64,000 nucleotides of DNA. Origin: Deinococcus sp. (GTDB lineage Bacteria; Deinococcota; Deinococci; Deinococcales; Deinococcaceae). The translations under genes and the position numbers were made by a program. The notes under the pieces are model-generated. The model was not told where the DNA came from and made no database searches. It saw nothing but the letters and a program-made list of their open reading frames with translations. This document shows, piece after piece, positions 30,437 to 39,650 of this stretch (position 1 is its first letter; every line of letters starts with the position of its first letter). Location of the stretch: contig OZ253375.1 of assembly GCA_965261005.1 (NCBI GenBank), forward strand, positions 2,496,001-2,560,000, read 5' to 3'.

Positions 30437-31018
30437 ATGCAGGCCCTGGTGCAGACGATTGAACGGCACGGCGTGGCGCTGCCGGGGGGCATTCTCAAGG
30501 TGGACGCGCTGCTGAACCACCAGCTGTGGCCGGCCCTGACGCGCGAGATGGGCGCCCACCTCGCGGCGCACTTCGCGCCCCTCTCGCCCAACAAAATCCT
30601 GACCGCCGAGGTCAGCGGCATCGCGCCTGCCCTGGTCACGGCCCTCAACTTGAACGTGCCCCTGCTCTACGCCCGCAAGCGGCGCCCCGTCACCATGACC
30701 GGCCCGGTTTTCGTGGCGCGCAGCCTCAGCCGCACCGGGGGCGGGGAGGTCACGCTGTTCGTCAGCGGAGAATTTCTGGGGCCGGGGGACCGCGTGGTCG
30801 TGATCGACGACTTTTTGGCCAGCGGCGGCACCTTGCTGGCCCTGGCGGACCTCATCTCGCAAGGGGGCGCCACTTTGCTGGGCGTCGGCTGCGTGATCGA
30901 GAAAGCCTTCGAGCGCGGGCGCGAGCGTCTGGCCCATTTGAGCGTGCCGGTGCACACGCTGGCGGTCGTTCAGGCCATGAGCGAAGAAGGTGGAATTGAG
31001 GTGGCGGCAGGACGGTAA
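30437..31018 (+). CDS. xpt: Xanthine phosphoribosyltransferase
   Basis: [43 protein letters not shown]. Confidence 0.92.
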   Translation: MQALVQTIERHGVALPGGILKVDALLNHQLWPALTREMGAHLAAHFAPLSPNKILTAEVSGIAPALVTALNLNVPLLYARKRRPVTMTGPVFVARSLSRTGGGEVTLFVSGEFLGPGDRVVVIDDFLASGGTLLALADLISQGGATLLGVGCVIEKAFERGRERLAHLSVPVHTLAVVQAMSEEGGIEVAAGR

Positions 31019-31050
31019 CGGAAACCGCCGGCGCTACGTCAATGGGTGAG

Positions 31051-31473
31051 TCAGTGGGTGAGCGCTTCACCGCCGACACGCAGGAGAAGACCGAGCAGCG
31101 TCACGCGCTCCTCTTCGGAGAAGTCCGCGAATGAGGCGGACAGGACCTCGTTGGCGATGTTGTGACCGGCCGCGAGGGTACTTTTGCCGGCTGAGGTGAG
31201 GTGGTGTTCGATCCGCCGACCGTGCCCTGGCCGGCGCTCGATCAGTCCCTGGGCCAGCAGCCGGCCCGCCAAGGTGCCAAACGCCTGATCGCTCTGAAAA
31301 GTCAGCATGGCCAAAGCGTGAGCGGAGGCGCCCGGCTGCTGCTCGATGGCGCGCAACGCGTCCCACTGGGCAAGCGTCGTTCCCACGGCGATGAGTCCGG
31401 CGTCGAGCGCGCGGTGATGCCGGTACTGGGCCTGCTTGACGACCCGGCCCAACGTTTCCAACTCAACGGGCAT
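31051..31473 (-). CDS. MarR-family regulator
   Basis: TLAQWDAL, RLLAQGLIER, HHLTSAG. Confidence 0.88.
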   Translation of the reverse strand: MPVELETLGRVVKQAQYRHHRALDAGLIAVGTTLAQWDALRAIEQQPGASAHALAMLTFQSDQAFGTLAGRLLAQGLIERRPGHGRRIEHHLTSAGKSTLAAGHNIANEVLSASFADFSEEERVTLLGLLLRVGGEALTH

Positions 31474-31603
31474 GCCGACAACCTAACAGATAAATAAACT
31501 TACGTATACAAATATGTTGATATAAGCTGAGCTTGGATCGGGCTGAAGGAAGCGGGGCAACGTCCCAACTTAGACCGGCATCCGCTTCGAAAGGAAACCG
31601 ACC

Positions 31604-32389
31604 ATGACAGCGCCCATGACCCGCACCGTTGCCCTTCGCCCCGACCTCCAAGTCACCTTGACGGAGGCCGGCAGCGGGCGGCCCGTCCTGATCCTGCATG
31701 GCGGCGGCGGCCCCGTCACCGTCAGCGGCGTCGCGGGGCACCTTGCCGGCCACAGGCATACCATCACGCCGACCCATCCCGGCTGGAACGGCGCCGCCAG
31801 GCCAGCATGGTTCTCCGGCGTGGACGACCTCGCCCTGGCCTACTTGCACTATCTCGAAGACAACGGCCTGCGCGACGCCGTGGTGATCGGCTCGTCCCTT
31901 GGCGGCTGGATCGGGGCGGAGATGGCCTTGCGTGACGGGGCTGGCCGGATCACGGGGCTGGTTCTGATCGACGCCGTCGGCGTCAAGATCGAAGGCGAAC
32001 CCATTCGGGACTTCTCCACGCTCAGCGCGCGTGAGGCTGCGGAGTATTCCTATCACGACGCCGAGCGCTTCTACGTTGACCCAGCCACGGTGCCCCCGGA
32101 GCAGGCCACGATTCGGCGGGCGAACATGGCCACCATGCGCGCCGTTGCCGGCGATCCCTACATGCACGACCCGAAGCTGCTGAAGCGCCTGGGCCGCGTC
32201 AAGCTCCCCGTGCTGGTCATCTGGGGTGAGAGCGACGGTATCGTCACCCCGGCTTATGGCGCCGCTTATGCGGCGGCGTTCCCGAACGCCCGTTTCGAGA
32301 TCGTCGAACACGCCGGACACCTGCCGCAGATCGAGCAGCCGGCCGCCACGTTTGGCCTCATCGACGCCTACCTGGACGGTCAAGCGTGA
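31604..32389 (+). CDS. Alpha/beta hydrolase
   Basis: LHGGGG, GSSLGG, IWGESD, AGHLP. Confidence 0.9.
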   Translation: MTAPMTRTVALRPDLQVTLTEAGSGRPVLILHGGGGPVTVSGVAGHLAGHRHTITPTHPGWNGAARPAWFSGVDDLALAYLHYLEDNGLRDAVVIGSSLGGWIGAEMALRDGAGRITGLVLIDAVGVKIEGEPIRDFSTLSAREAAEYSYHDAERFYVDPATVPPEQATIRRANMATMRAVAGDPYMHDPKLLKRLGRVKLPVLVIWGESDGIVTPAYGAAYAAAFPNARFEIVEHAGHLPQIEQPAATFGLIDAYLDGQA

Positions 32390-32474
32390 TCCGGCTTCCG
32401 CGCGGGCGAAATAGGGGCAATGAGGTGGTGCGGGGCACTCGCGAAGCGCGACTTCACATTCCGTATGCTGAGGC

Positions 32475-32549
32475 ATGAACGACGAGAAGTACATCTCCAT
32501 CACGCCGGGAGTGCGGAGCGGGAAGCCCTGCGTCAAGGGCACGCTATAG
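32475..32549 (+). pseudogene. DUF433 antitoxin N-terminal remnant (24 aa)
   Basis: MNDEKYISITPGVRSGKPCVKGTL matches the DUF433 start motif; TATGCT upstream; cut off at the patatin gene end. Confidence 0.7.
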
Positions 32550-33545
32550 CTCCTCTCCCTCCATTGCCCGCCTGAGCATGGTTCGCCGCCCCGGCGCCTC
32601 CCCTCGCCGGAACATCCGCAGGTAGGCCGCGAAGTCCCAGCCGTTCAGGAACCGGGCCGCCGCCGCCCGGCCCGCCTCGTACAGCGCCAGCGCTTCCTGG
32701 GGCGGCAAGTCGAAGTCGGTGGTGCCCACATTCAGGCTAGGAATGGCGATGGTCCGCACGAAGTCGGCCGACTCTAAATATTGCCGGTCGCGGGCCTCCA
32801 GCGCGGTGGAGACCAGGCTTTTTAAGTAGCCGAAGACGTTCGGGCGCTCGGGCGGCAGTTCCTCGCCCAGCGGGTCGCGCGGGCGTTCGTCCACCAGCAG
32901 CAGGCCGAAGGTCGGCCAGCGCGGCGTGCCCGGCGCGTCGAAGGCCCAGACCGGGAAGTTGGACAAGAGGCCGCCGTCCACCAGCAAATGTTCCCGGCCG
33001 GTCTGGGGATTGTGCCAGCGCACCGGCTCGAAGTACAGCGGCAGGCTGGCGCTCATGCGAACCGCCCGCGCCACCTCCAGCTCCCCCGGCGTCACGCCCA
33101 AATGGGCCGCGTCCCTCGGCAGCAGCAGCAGGCGGCGCTCGGTCACGTCCGACACCACCACTTGCAGGCGGCACTGGCCCTCAAAATCGGGCACGTCCGC
33201 GAAGGTGCGAATCCCCTTGGCGGCCAGGCGGGCGCGCACCCAAGCCTCCAGCGCGTCCCCCTCGTAGATACCGAAGTCGAGGCCCAGACTCAGCAGCGGC
33301 CCGACCAGCGGAATACGGTCCTCCCAGCCCTGGTCCTTTAATTTTGTGAATGGAAAGCGCAACAGGTCGTCGCGCAGTGCCTCGGGCGCGTAGCCCGCAA
33401 TGTAAAAGGCCGCTGCGATGGCCCCCGCCGAGGTGCCGGCCACCCGCACCCCCCGGTAGCCGCGCTCCGTCAGCGTCGCCAGCGCGCCGATCAGGGCGAT
33501 CCCCTTGATGCCACCGCCCTCGAATACCAAGTCCACATCGAGCAT
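32544..33545 (-). CDS. Patatin-like phospholipase
   Basis: EGGGIKG, GTSAG, DGGLLSNFP. Confidence 0.92.
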   Translation of the reverse strand: MLDVDLVFEGGGIKGIALIGALATLTERGYRGVRVAGTSAGAIAAAFYIAGYAPEALRDDLLRFPFTKLKDQGWEDRIPLVGPLLSLGLDFGIYEGDALEAWVRARLAAKGIRTFADVPDFEGQCRLQVVVSDVTERRLLLLPRDAAHLGVTPGELEVARAVRMSASLPLYFEPVRWHNPQTGREHLLVDGGLLSNFPVWAFDAPGTPRWPTFGLLLVDERPRDPLGEELPPERPNVFGYLKSLVSTALEARDRQYLESADFVRTIAIPSLNVGTTDFDLPPQEALALYEAGRAAAARFLNGWDFAAYLRMFRRGEAPGRRTMLRRAMEGEEL

Positions 33546-33568
33546 AAGCTTATTGTGCGCCCGAGGGG

Positions 33569-33745
33569 TCAGGTCGCGTTCTCGCCCACCTCCAACTTCC
33601 TCGTCGCCACCCGCCCCACCAGCCGGCGGTCGTGCGAAGCGAACAGCAGGGTGCCGGGGAAGCCGGCCAGCAGCATTTCGAGGGTGACGGCCAGGCACGC
33701 CAGGGTCAGGCGGGTGCGCTGGCCGCCCGAGAGGTCGGAGAAAAG
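33569..33745 (-). pseudogene. Duplicated 3' end of the ABC-F gene with a 63-bp internal deletion
   Basis: LSGGQRTRLTLACLAVT-LEMLLAGFPGTLLFASHDRRL aligns with the C-terminus of 37917..39506. Confidence 0.85.
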
Positions 33746-33791
33746 CCAAAAGTTGCGCCCGACTTGGGGCGTGAACCTTGTACGCTGAGTT

Positions 33792-36700
33792 ATGTCCGAG
33801 TACGAAGAGCGCAAGCAAGGCCAGCAAAGGGCAGCCGCAGCGCCGCAGACCACCTATGTGCCCCCGCTGCCGATCCCGGATCAGGCGGCCATCCAGCTTG
33901 ACCTGCACCAGCGCGCTGTACAACGCTACCAGCAGTTCTTCGTCACACCAGCCGTCGCCCAGCGTGCCAGCGCCGCCCCCGTCCTCGAAGCGGCTCAAGT
34001 ACAACGTGCAGTTGCCTTGCAGCGTCAGCAGTCGCAGTTGGCCTTGCAACGTCAGATCGAGGCGCTAAGAGAAGGCTTGCCCGAGAACGCCCTGAAAGCA
34101 GCCTTGCAACGTCAGGCCGAGCAAAGCCAGGTACCGGCTCTGCCCCCCATCTTCAGCGGTCCGACCAGGTCACAGCCTTCCTACGCCGACCACGCCCAGC
34201 GCTACGCCCATGAAGCGGTGTCCCTGCAATGGCAAGCGGACCAGCACAGCGGCTTCGTGTCCATGTCCGCCTGGCCGACCATTCAGCAGCGCGCCGCTCA
34301 GGACTTGGCGCAGCGCTTTCGCTCTGACACTTCTCCCGCCACTCAGCGCTACGCCGAGCTGGGGCAGAGCTTGGCCCTGGTCCAACGGCAGCCGAACGGG
34401 AAACACGTGGCGCGCGTCGTGCTGCAACGCTTGCCCGCCGGAGAACGGCCTTTGGTACAAAGGGCGCTGGATGAGGCTGAGGGCGAACATCAACAGTACG
34501 GAGAACAAGACCTGAAGGCGTTGGAACTGCACACCTTGCAACGGAAGCTGACAGAGGAAGCAAGCCTTGCTCCCCAAGCGATGCCCAGGGGAAGCGGTCA
34601 AGCCTTGCCCCTGGCGGTGCAGCGGCAATTGGAAGTGGGGCTGAACATCCCTATTGAGCACCTGCAAGCCGTGCGAGTCCACGCTGACCCTGCCGCCCAC
34701 AGCTTCGCCAAGTCGGTGAACGCCATCGCGGCGACTACCGGAACGAACATCTTCTTTCAGCAAGGCAAGCTGGACACCGAGAGTGTCGAGGGCCAGGAGC
34801 TGCTGGCGCACGAGGTCACGCACACGTACCAACAAGCGCAGGGCAAGGTGCAGGGAGGCGGCATTGATCCCGACCCCGGCTTGGAGCAGGAGGCGCGGGA
34901 CACGGGCAAGACGTTCGCTCGGCAAGCCAAAACGCCCGAGTTCATGGCGCGTTTTGAGCGGAAAAGACAAAGCGTGGAGGCGCGCTTTCAAGCTGGACTT
35001 CACGCTCCTAAAACCGTGCAGCGTCTGGCAGCGCCGACACCCGAGGTGACGTGGTACCGGGACTTCGTGGGGAACGTGGCCGGTATCAGCGTCGCGCTCA
35101 GCTTGCGGCGCAGCGGGGGCAAGCTGCACGGCCGCTACCAGTACCACGGCCAGAGCGCTTGGCTCACCGTCGAGGGTGAAGTGGACCCGAACACCAAAGC
35201 AGTCACGCTGACCGAGCGCGACGAGCGAGGCAAGGTCACCGGCAGCTTCCGGGGAAGCTTCGCGGGCAAAGGCGGTGAAACGCTGAGTGGGACTTGGACC
35301 AATGCGGCGGGCAGCAAGTCGCACCCCTTCAGCTTCATGCTGGCAGAGGTTCACGCCACACCCAAAGCGCCAGCCCCTCAGCTCCCAGCCCCCGCGCCTT
35401 TGTCCAAGTGGGAACGGACCTACGGCGGCATCTTGGCGGGCAGTGCGCTGAGCCTGCAACTCAAGGGGAACGGCGGCCAAGTGGACGGTCAATTCACCCT
35501 CGGCACGCTGGGCACGGGCAGCTGTGCGGGTCAGCAGAATGGGGACCAGCTGAACTTGACGCTGACGTATGCGGATGGCAAAAACAAGGGGCAAAGCCGG
35601 ACGCTGGCGCTGACCCTCAAGGGGGAGACGGAGCTGAGCGGCAGCTGGGCGGGCGGGGACACCAGCTACGCCCTTCAGCTCTCGACCCAAGCGCCACGGC
35701 AGACGGGCAAAGTGTCGGAGGCGTTTCTGGACGCGGTGCTCAGGGAGCTGCCTGCGGCCATGCGGCACGACCCGGACAAGCACGGGAAGCTGCGCATCGA
35801 GAAGAACCTGGCCAAACCGCACTACCGCGAGGACGCCCGGCGCATTCTGGAAGCTTGCGTGCGGGCCGGGATCACCGACAAAGCGCAGATCGCCTACGTG
35901 CTGGTGACGGCGGCGCACGAAAGCAACTTCGGGCTGAACATGCAGGAACTGGGCGGCTACAGCTACTTCGAGCGCTTGTACGGCCCGAACGGGAGCAGGC
36001 CGGAAAACGCGCGCGAACACGGCAACACCCAGGCTGGCGACGGCTACAAGTACAGAGGTCGCGGCTTCGCTCAGGTGACGTGGAAAGATAATTATGTGAA
36101 GTGGAATGAACGTCTTACTAGGGCACAATACCCTCTCAACGGTAGGCTACAAGACAATCCCGACCAGCTGAGCACGAACCGCGACTTAGCGGCCAAAGTG
36201 ATAGCTGAGGGGATGCGAGACGGGGTGTTCACGGGCGCCAAGCTGGGCACCTACATCAATGCGCAGCAACAGGACTTCGTGCAGGCACGCCGGACCATCA
36301 ACGGGCTGGACCATGCGGAGGGCATGGGCAAGGCGGCCAGCGTCCTCAGCGAACGCCTAAACCCGCTCGACTTGCTGGCTCAAGAGCAAGAGTCAGGCCA
36401 AGAGGAACCGAAGCAAGCTTCGGAACTGGGAGCGCTGATTGCGAAGACGGCTCAGGAAGGGGTAGAGGCGGGCTGGACAGAACACATTGCCTACCATTGC
36501 TCGAAGTGGACACGTCAGGTAGTGGAACACGCGCTCGGTCAAAAAGACATGGCACTCTCGACGAGTTCCACGAAGGTGCGGGGCCTCTTCGGCGGCTCGG
36601 CCTTGCAGACCAAGGCCGCTTTCGAGCAACAAGGGCTGACGCACCCCTACACCGGCGTGGACGACCTTCAGCCCGGCGACATCCTCTTCTGGGATGTGCC

Positions 36701-36962
36701 AAAGCAGTACGGCCATGTCGCCATTTACATAGGAGGTGGGCAAGTAGCCGGCAATCACTACAAAGTCTATATGGATAAACGACAAACACTGCTCGACCTC
36801 AAACAAGCTATGCCAGGCAATCCTGTTAATGTAGGTGGTCTTACTGTTTATGATGGTATTGATGCACGCGGCCTTCTGCCACTAGCACAAGTAGTTTCTC
36901 TTAAGCATCCTCCCATATTAGTTGCTCGATTACCCAGTCGTTGGACTCCGAGGAAAAAATGA
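33792..36962 (+). CDS. DUF4157 (eCIS-core) protein with GH19 lysozyme-like and NlpC/P60 domains, putative peptidoglycan-targeting effector
   Basis: VRVH...LLAHEVTHTYQQ (DUF4157); QIAYVLVTAAHES, YRGRGFAQVTWKDNY, ARRTING (GH19); CSKW, LQPGDILFW, YGHVAIYIG (NlpC/P60). Confidence 0.85.
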   Translation: MSEYEERKQGQQRAAAAPQTTYVPPLPIPDQAAIQLDLHQRAVQRYQQFFVTPAVAQRASAAPVLEAAQVQRAVALQRQQSQLALQRQIEALREGLPENALKAALQRQAEQSQVPALPPIFSGPTRSQPSYADHAQRYAHEAVSLQWQADQHSGFVSMSAWPTIQQRAAQDLAQRFRSDTSPATQRYAELGQSLALVQRQPNGKHVARVVLQRLPAGERPLVQRALDEAEGEHQQYGEQDLKALELHTLQRKLTEEASLAPQAMPRGSGQALPLAVQRQLEVGLNIPIEHLQAVRVHADPAAHSFAKSVNAIAATTGTNIFFQQGKLDTESVEGQELLAHEVTHTYQQAQGKVQGGGIDPDPGLEQEARDTGKTFARQAKTPEFMARFERKRQSVEARFQAGLHAPKTVQRLAAPTPEVTWYRDFVGNVAGISVALSLRRSGGKLHGRYQYHGQSAWLTVEGEVDPNTKAVTLTERDERGKVTGSFRGSFAGKGGETLSGTWTNAAGSKSHPFSFMLAEVHATPKAPAPQLPAPAPLSKWERTYGGILAGSALSLQLKGNGGQVDGQFTLGTLGTGSCAGQQNGDQLNLTLTYADGKNKGQSRTLALTLKGETELSGSWAGGDTSYALQLSTQAPRQTGKVSEAFLDAVLRELPAAMRHDPDKHGKLRIEKNLAKPHYREDARRILEACVRAGITDKAQIAYVLVTAAHESNFGLNMQELGGYSYFERLYGPNGSRPENAREHGNTQAGDGYKYRGRGFAQVTWKDNYVKWNERLTRAQYPLNGRLQDNPDQLSTNRDLAAKVIAEGMRDGVFTGAKLGTYINAQQQDFVQARRTINGLDHAEGMGKAASVLSERLNPLDLLAQEQESGQEEPKQASELGALIAKTAQEGVEAGWTEHIAYHCSKWTRQVVEHALGQKDMALSTSSTKVRGLFGGSALQTKAAFEQQGLTHPYTGVDDLQPGDILFWDVPKQYGHVAIYIGGGQVAGNHYKVYMDKRQTLLDLKQAMPGNPVNVGGLTVYDGIDARGLLPLAQVVSLKHPPILVARLPSRWTPRKK

Positions 36963-37906
36963 GATACTTAGCCACATATGCTTTATATGTTTGTACGTTA
37001 ACGGCTGTTGCGGCACAAGAGATAGATTGGAATAAGCCAGAAACTAAAGGACAACTGTATAACTCTAAGCAACCTAATCCAGATAGAACACCCAGAATAA
37101 GAGAGGGAATAAATGAATTGCTTAAGGACGACAGTCTTGGCAAAATCCCATATTTAGTCGCCCGAACACCTCTTAGATCAGAGGCGATACCAGAAATGAA
37201 TAAGAGCATAATTTGGAAAAGGTTCTATAATTATACGACATTTGCTCCAGACAATGATAATTACGCTTCTGGCTATAGCGTTGATCTTATAAGTTCACTT
37301 AACTGTGACCCCAATCCATTCAAAGGTGATTGTGCAGCAGGATCCTTTTATGCTCTTGTAAATGCTCCCGACTTAGAGTTTATTCGCAGCAAAGATTCAG
37401 TCAAGAACGAGCCATTAACTGATCGGCCTGTTCCACTCGCTTACGGTTTGACCGGGTATCTCTCAACAGCCAGTATTGAATGGCTGTGTAACAAAGGTTA
37501 CTACGTCATTGCCAGTCTTGCTTCCCCCATCGAAAACGTCATCCTCGCCAACGCCTCCAACCCCGATCTCAAGGACCCTAGGGGGCCGAACTACAACAAG
37601 CCCTTTGTCGGCACCATCCGCCAGAACCTCAAGGTCAACATGCAGCTTCGCCGCAGCGGCAAGTGGCTGTGGGGCACCTACTTCTACGACAAGGGCAAGT
37701 CCGTTCCGCTCCAGGACCGGCTGTACGTCGTCGGAACCGTGGGCAAAGACGGCGCCGCGACCCTCAAGGAGTACGCCTTTGACAACGCCGAGAACAGCGC
37801 CACGCAGTCCGGCACCTTTAAAGGCAAGCTGAACGACAAGACCTTTTCCGGCACCTGGTCGGCGCCAAAGGGTAAGCTTCTGCCCTTTCAGCTTGCGGCG
37901 AAGTGA
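36959..37906 (+). CDS. Exported putative immunity/partner protein
   Basis: ATGA overlap with the effector stop; signal peptide ending AVAA; low-GC 5' part; C-terminal domain homologous to the effector's internal beta-domain. Confidence 0.7.
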   Translation: MRYLATYALYVCTLTAVAAQEIDWNKPETKGQLYNSKQPNPDRTPRIREGINELLKDDSLGKIPYLVARTPLRSEAIPEMNKSIIWKRFYNYTTFAPDNDNYASGYSVDLISSLNCDPNPFKGDCAAGSFYALVNAPDLEFIRSKDSVKNEPLTDRPVPLAYGLTGYLSTASIEWLCNKGYYVIASLASPIENVILANASNPDLKDPRGPNYNKPFVGTIRQNLKVNMQLRRSGKWLWGTYFYDKGKSVPLQDRLYVVGTVGKDGAATLKEYAFDNAENSATQSGTFKGKLNDKTFSGTWSAPKGKLLPFQLAAK

Positions 37907-37916
37907 CGGCCGGCTG

Positions 37917-39506
37917 CTATAGCCCAACCACCTCCAGCCTCCCCGTCGCCATCCGCTCTATCAGCCGGCGGTCGTGTGAGGCGAACAGCAGGGTACCGGG
38001 GAAGTCGGCTAGCAGCGTTTCGAGCGCCTCTATGGCCTGAATGTCCAAATGGTTGGTCGGCTCATCGAGGATGAGCAGCGGGGCGCGGGTGACGGCCAGG
38101 CGTGCCAGGGTCAGGCGGGTGCGCTGGCCGCCCGAGAGGCTGGACAAGGGAAAGTCGGGCCGGGGCGGCAGGCCGAGCTGGGCCAGCAGGTTGTACAGTT
38201 CCTGGGTCCTCAGGGCGCCGTTGGCGTCCCGTAGAGCATCTTCAAGCGTGGCGAAGCCCGCCAGCTCCTCACCGTGCTGCCCGGCCCAGTAGTGAGTCAG
38301 GCCGTGGCCGAAGGTGACGCTCCCCGTGTAGGGCAGGCGCCCCAGGATGGCCGCGATCAGGCTGCTCTTGCCGCCGCCGTTCGGTCCCGTAAGGGCCAGC
38401 TTCTCGCCGCGCCGCAGGGTGAGGGAGAGCTTGTCGAAGAGGGTCCGCCCGCCGCGCTCCAAGGTGAGGTTTTCGACCGTCAATACCTCGTTCGGCCCGC
38501 TGGGCACCTCTCCCAGCGGCACCTCGACGCGGGTCAGGTCCTGATAGGGCTTCTCGACGACCTCCATCCGTTCCAGCCGCTTTTCCAGCGCCTTGGCGCG
38601 CGAGGCATAGGTGCCCGAGGCGTTTTCCGCCTTGCCCTTGGCGGCCATCAGGTTGGTGTTGCCCGCGCGCTTGTGATTGAACTTGCCGGCGCTTTCTCCC
38701 TTGGAGCGCAGGCCCCGCATCTCACCCTCCAACGCACGTCTCTTGCGCTCCCCCGCCTCGTGCTGACGTTCCTGGGCCGCCCGCAGCTCGGCCTTGAGCG
38801 CCATCGCCCCGGTGTAATCGCCGGGGTAGACGTGCAGCCGCCCGCGCTCCAGCTCGGCCACCCGCGTCACGGTCGCGTCCAAAAAGGCGCGGTCGTGCGA
38901 AACGATCAAGACGCCCGCCGCCGCGCTCCGCAGCCAGCCTTCTAGCCAAGTCAGGCTCTCCGCGTCGAGGTGGTTGGTCGGCTCGTCCAGCAGCAGCAGG
39001 TCGGCGGGGGAGAGCAGCAGGGCAGCCAGCATGGCGCGGCGCTGTTGACCGCCCGAAAGGGCGTGCGTGCTCGCTTCGGGACGCAAATTCAGGCCCGCCA
39101 GAACGGCGCTCGCCCGCGCCTCAAAGTCGTAGCCGCCCAACGTCCGGTAACGCTCCTCGGCGCCGGAAAAGGCGGTCAGGTGCCCCGGTGTCGGGTCGTT
39201 CAGACGTTCTTGAGCGGCCTCCAGCGTCCGATTCGCGTCCAGCAACTCGGCGGGCGTCACGCTCTCCAGCAGCGTACCTCCGCCCAGATTGGCGTGCTGG
39301 GCCAACAGCGCTGGCCGGCCCGACGCGCTCACGCTGCCCGCGTCGGGCCGCTCAAGGCCCGCCATCAGGCGCAGCAGGGTACTTTTGCCGCCGCCGTTGC
39401 GGCCGGTCAGGGCCACTTTTTCGCCGGCGTTCAGCTCGAACGAGACCTCTTCAAATAGCTGGTGGTCGCCAAAGCGCTTGGCGACCCCTCGCAGGACAAC
39501 ACCCAC
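37917..39506 (-). CDS. ABC-F ATPase (possible ribosomal protection subtype)
   Basis: Two ABC domains (GRNGGGKS/LSGGQ/LDEPTNHLD twice), long interdomain linker, no TM segments. Confidence 0.92.
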   Translation of the reverse strand: MGVVLRGVAKRFGDHQLFEEVSFELNAGEKVALTGRNGGGKSTLLRLMAGLERPDAGSVSASGRPALLAQHANLGGGTLLESVTPAELLDANRTLEAAQERLNDPTPGHLTAFSGAEERYRTLGGYDFEARASAVLAGLNLRPEASTHALSGGQQRRAMLAALLLSPADLLLLDEPTNHLDAESLTWLEGWLRSAAAGVLIVSHDRAFLDATVTRVAELERGRLHVYPGDYTGAMALKAELRAAQERQHEAGERKRRALEGEMRGLRSKGESAGKFNHKRAGNTNLMAAKGKAENASGTYASRAKALEKRLERMEVVEKPYQDLTRVEVPLGEVPSGPNEVLTVENLTLERGGRTLFDKLSLTLRRGEKLALTGPNGGGKSSLIAAILGRLPYTGSVTFGHGLTHYWAGQHGEELAGFATLEDALRDANGALRTQELYNLLAQLGLPPRPDFPLSSLSGGQRTRLTLARLAVTRAPLLILDEPTNHLDIQAIEALETLLADFPGTLLFASHDRRLIERMATGRLEVVGL

Positions 39507-39640
39507 GCTGACCTCCTTACAGGAGAAACGAAAAGTCGGAAACTTTCGTTGGTCAGCGGCGTTCGGTCACGAAGATGTATCTCCTACGAGGGCTGCGGGC
39601 CGTTCCCCAGGAAGCCTGGCCGGGAATGGGGGCAGTGTAG
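39506..39640 (-). promoter_or_regulatory. Putative translational attenuator with uORF MTERR (39553..39570)
   Basis: TACACT box; AGGAG then GTG ACC GAA CGC CGC TGA; cgctgacc/ggtcagcg and ctcct/aggag pairings bury the ABC-F RBS. Confidence 0.65.
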
Positions 39641-39650
39641 CGCGCGGGCG

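Noticed and set aside
32544..33545. Patatin as a CBASS CapV effector
   Set aside because: No CD-NTase or Cap2/Cap3 genes are adjacent; the context points to an ABC-F plus patatin pair.
35870..36760. Prophage endolysin
   Set aside because: The hydrolase domains are fused to DUF4157, and there are no phage structural, terminase or integrase genes in the window.
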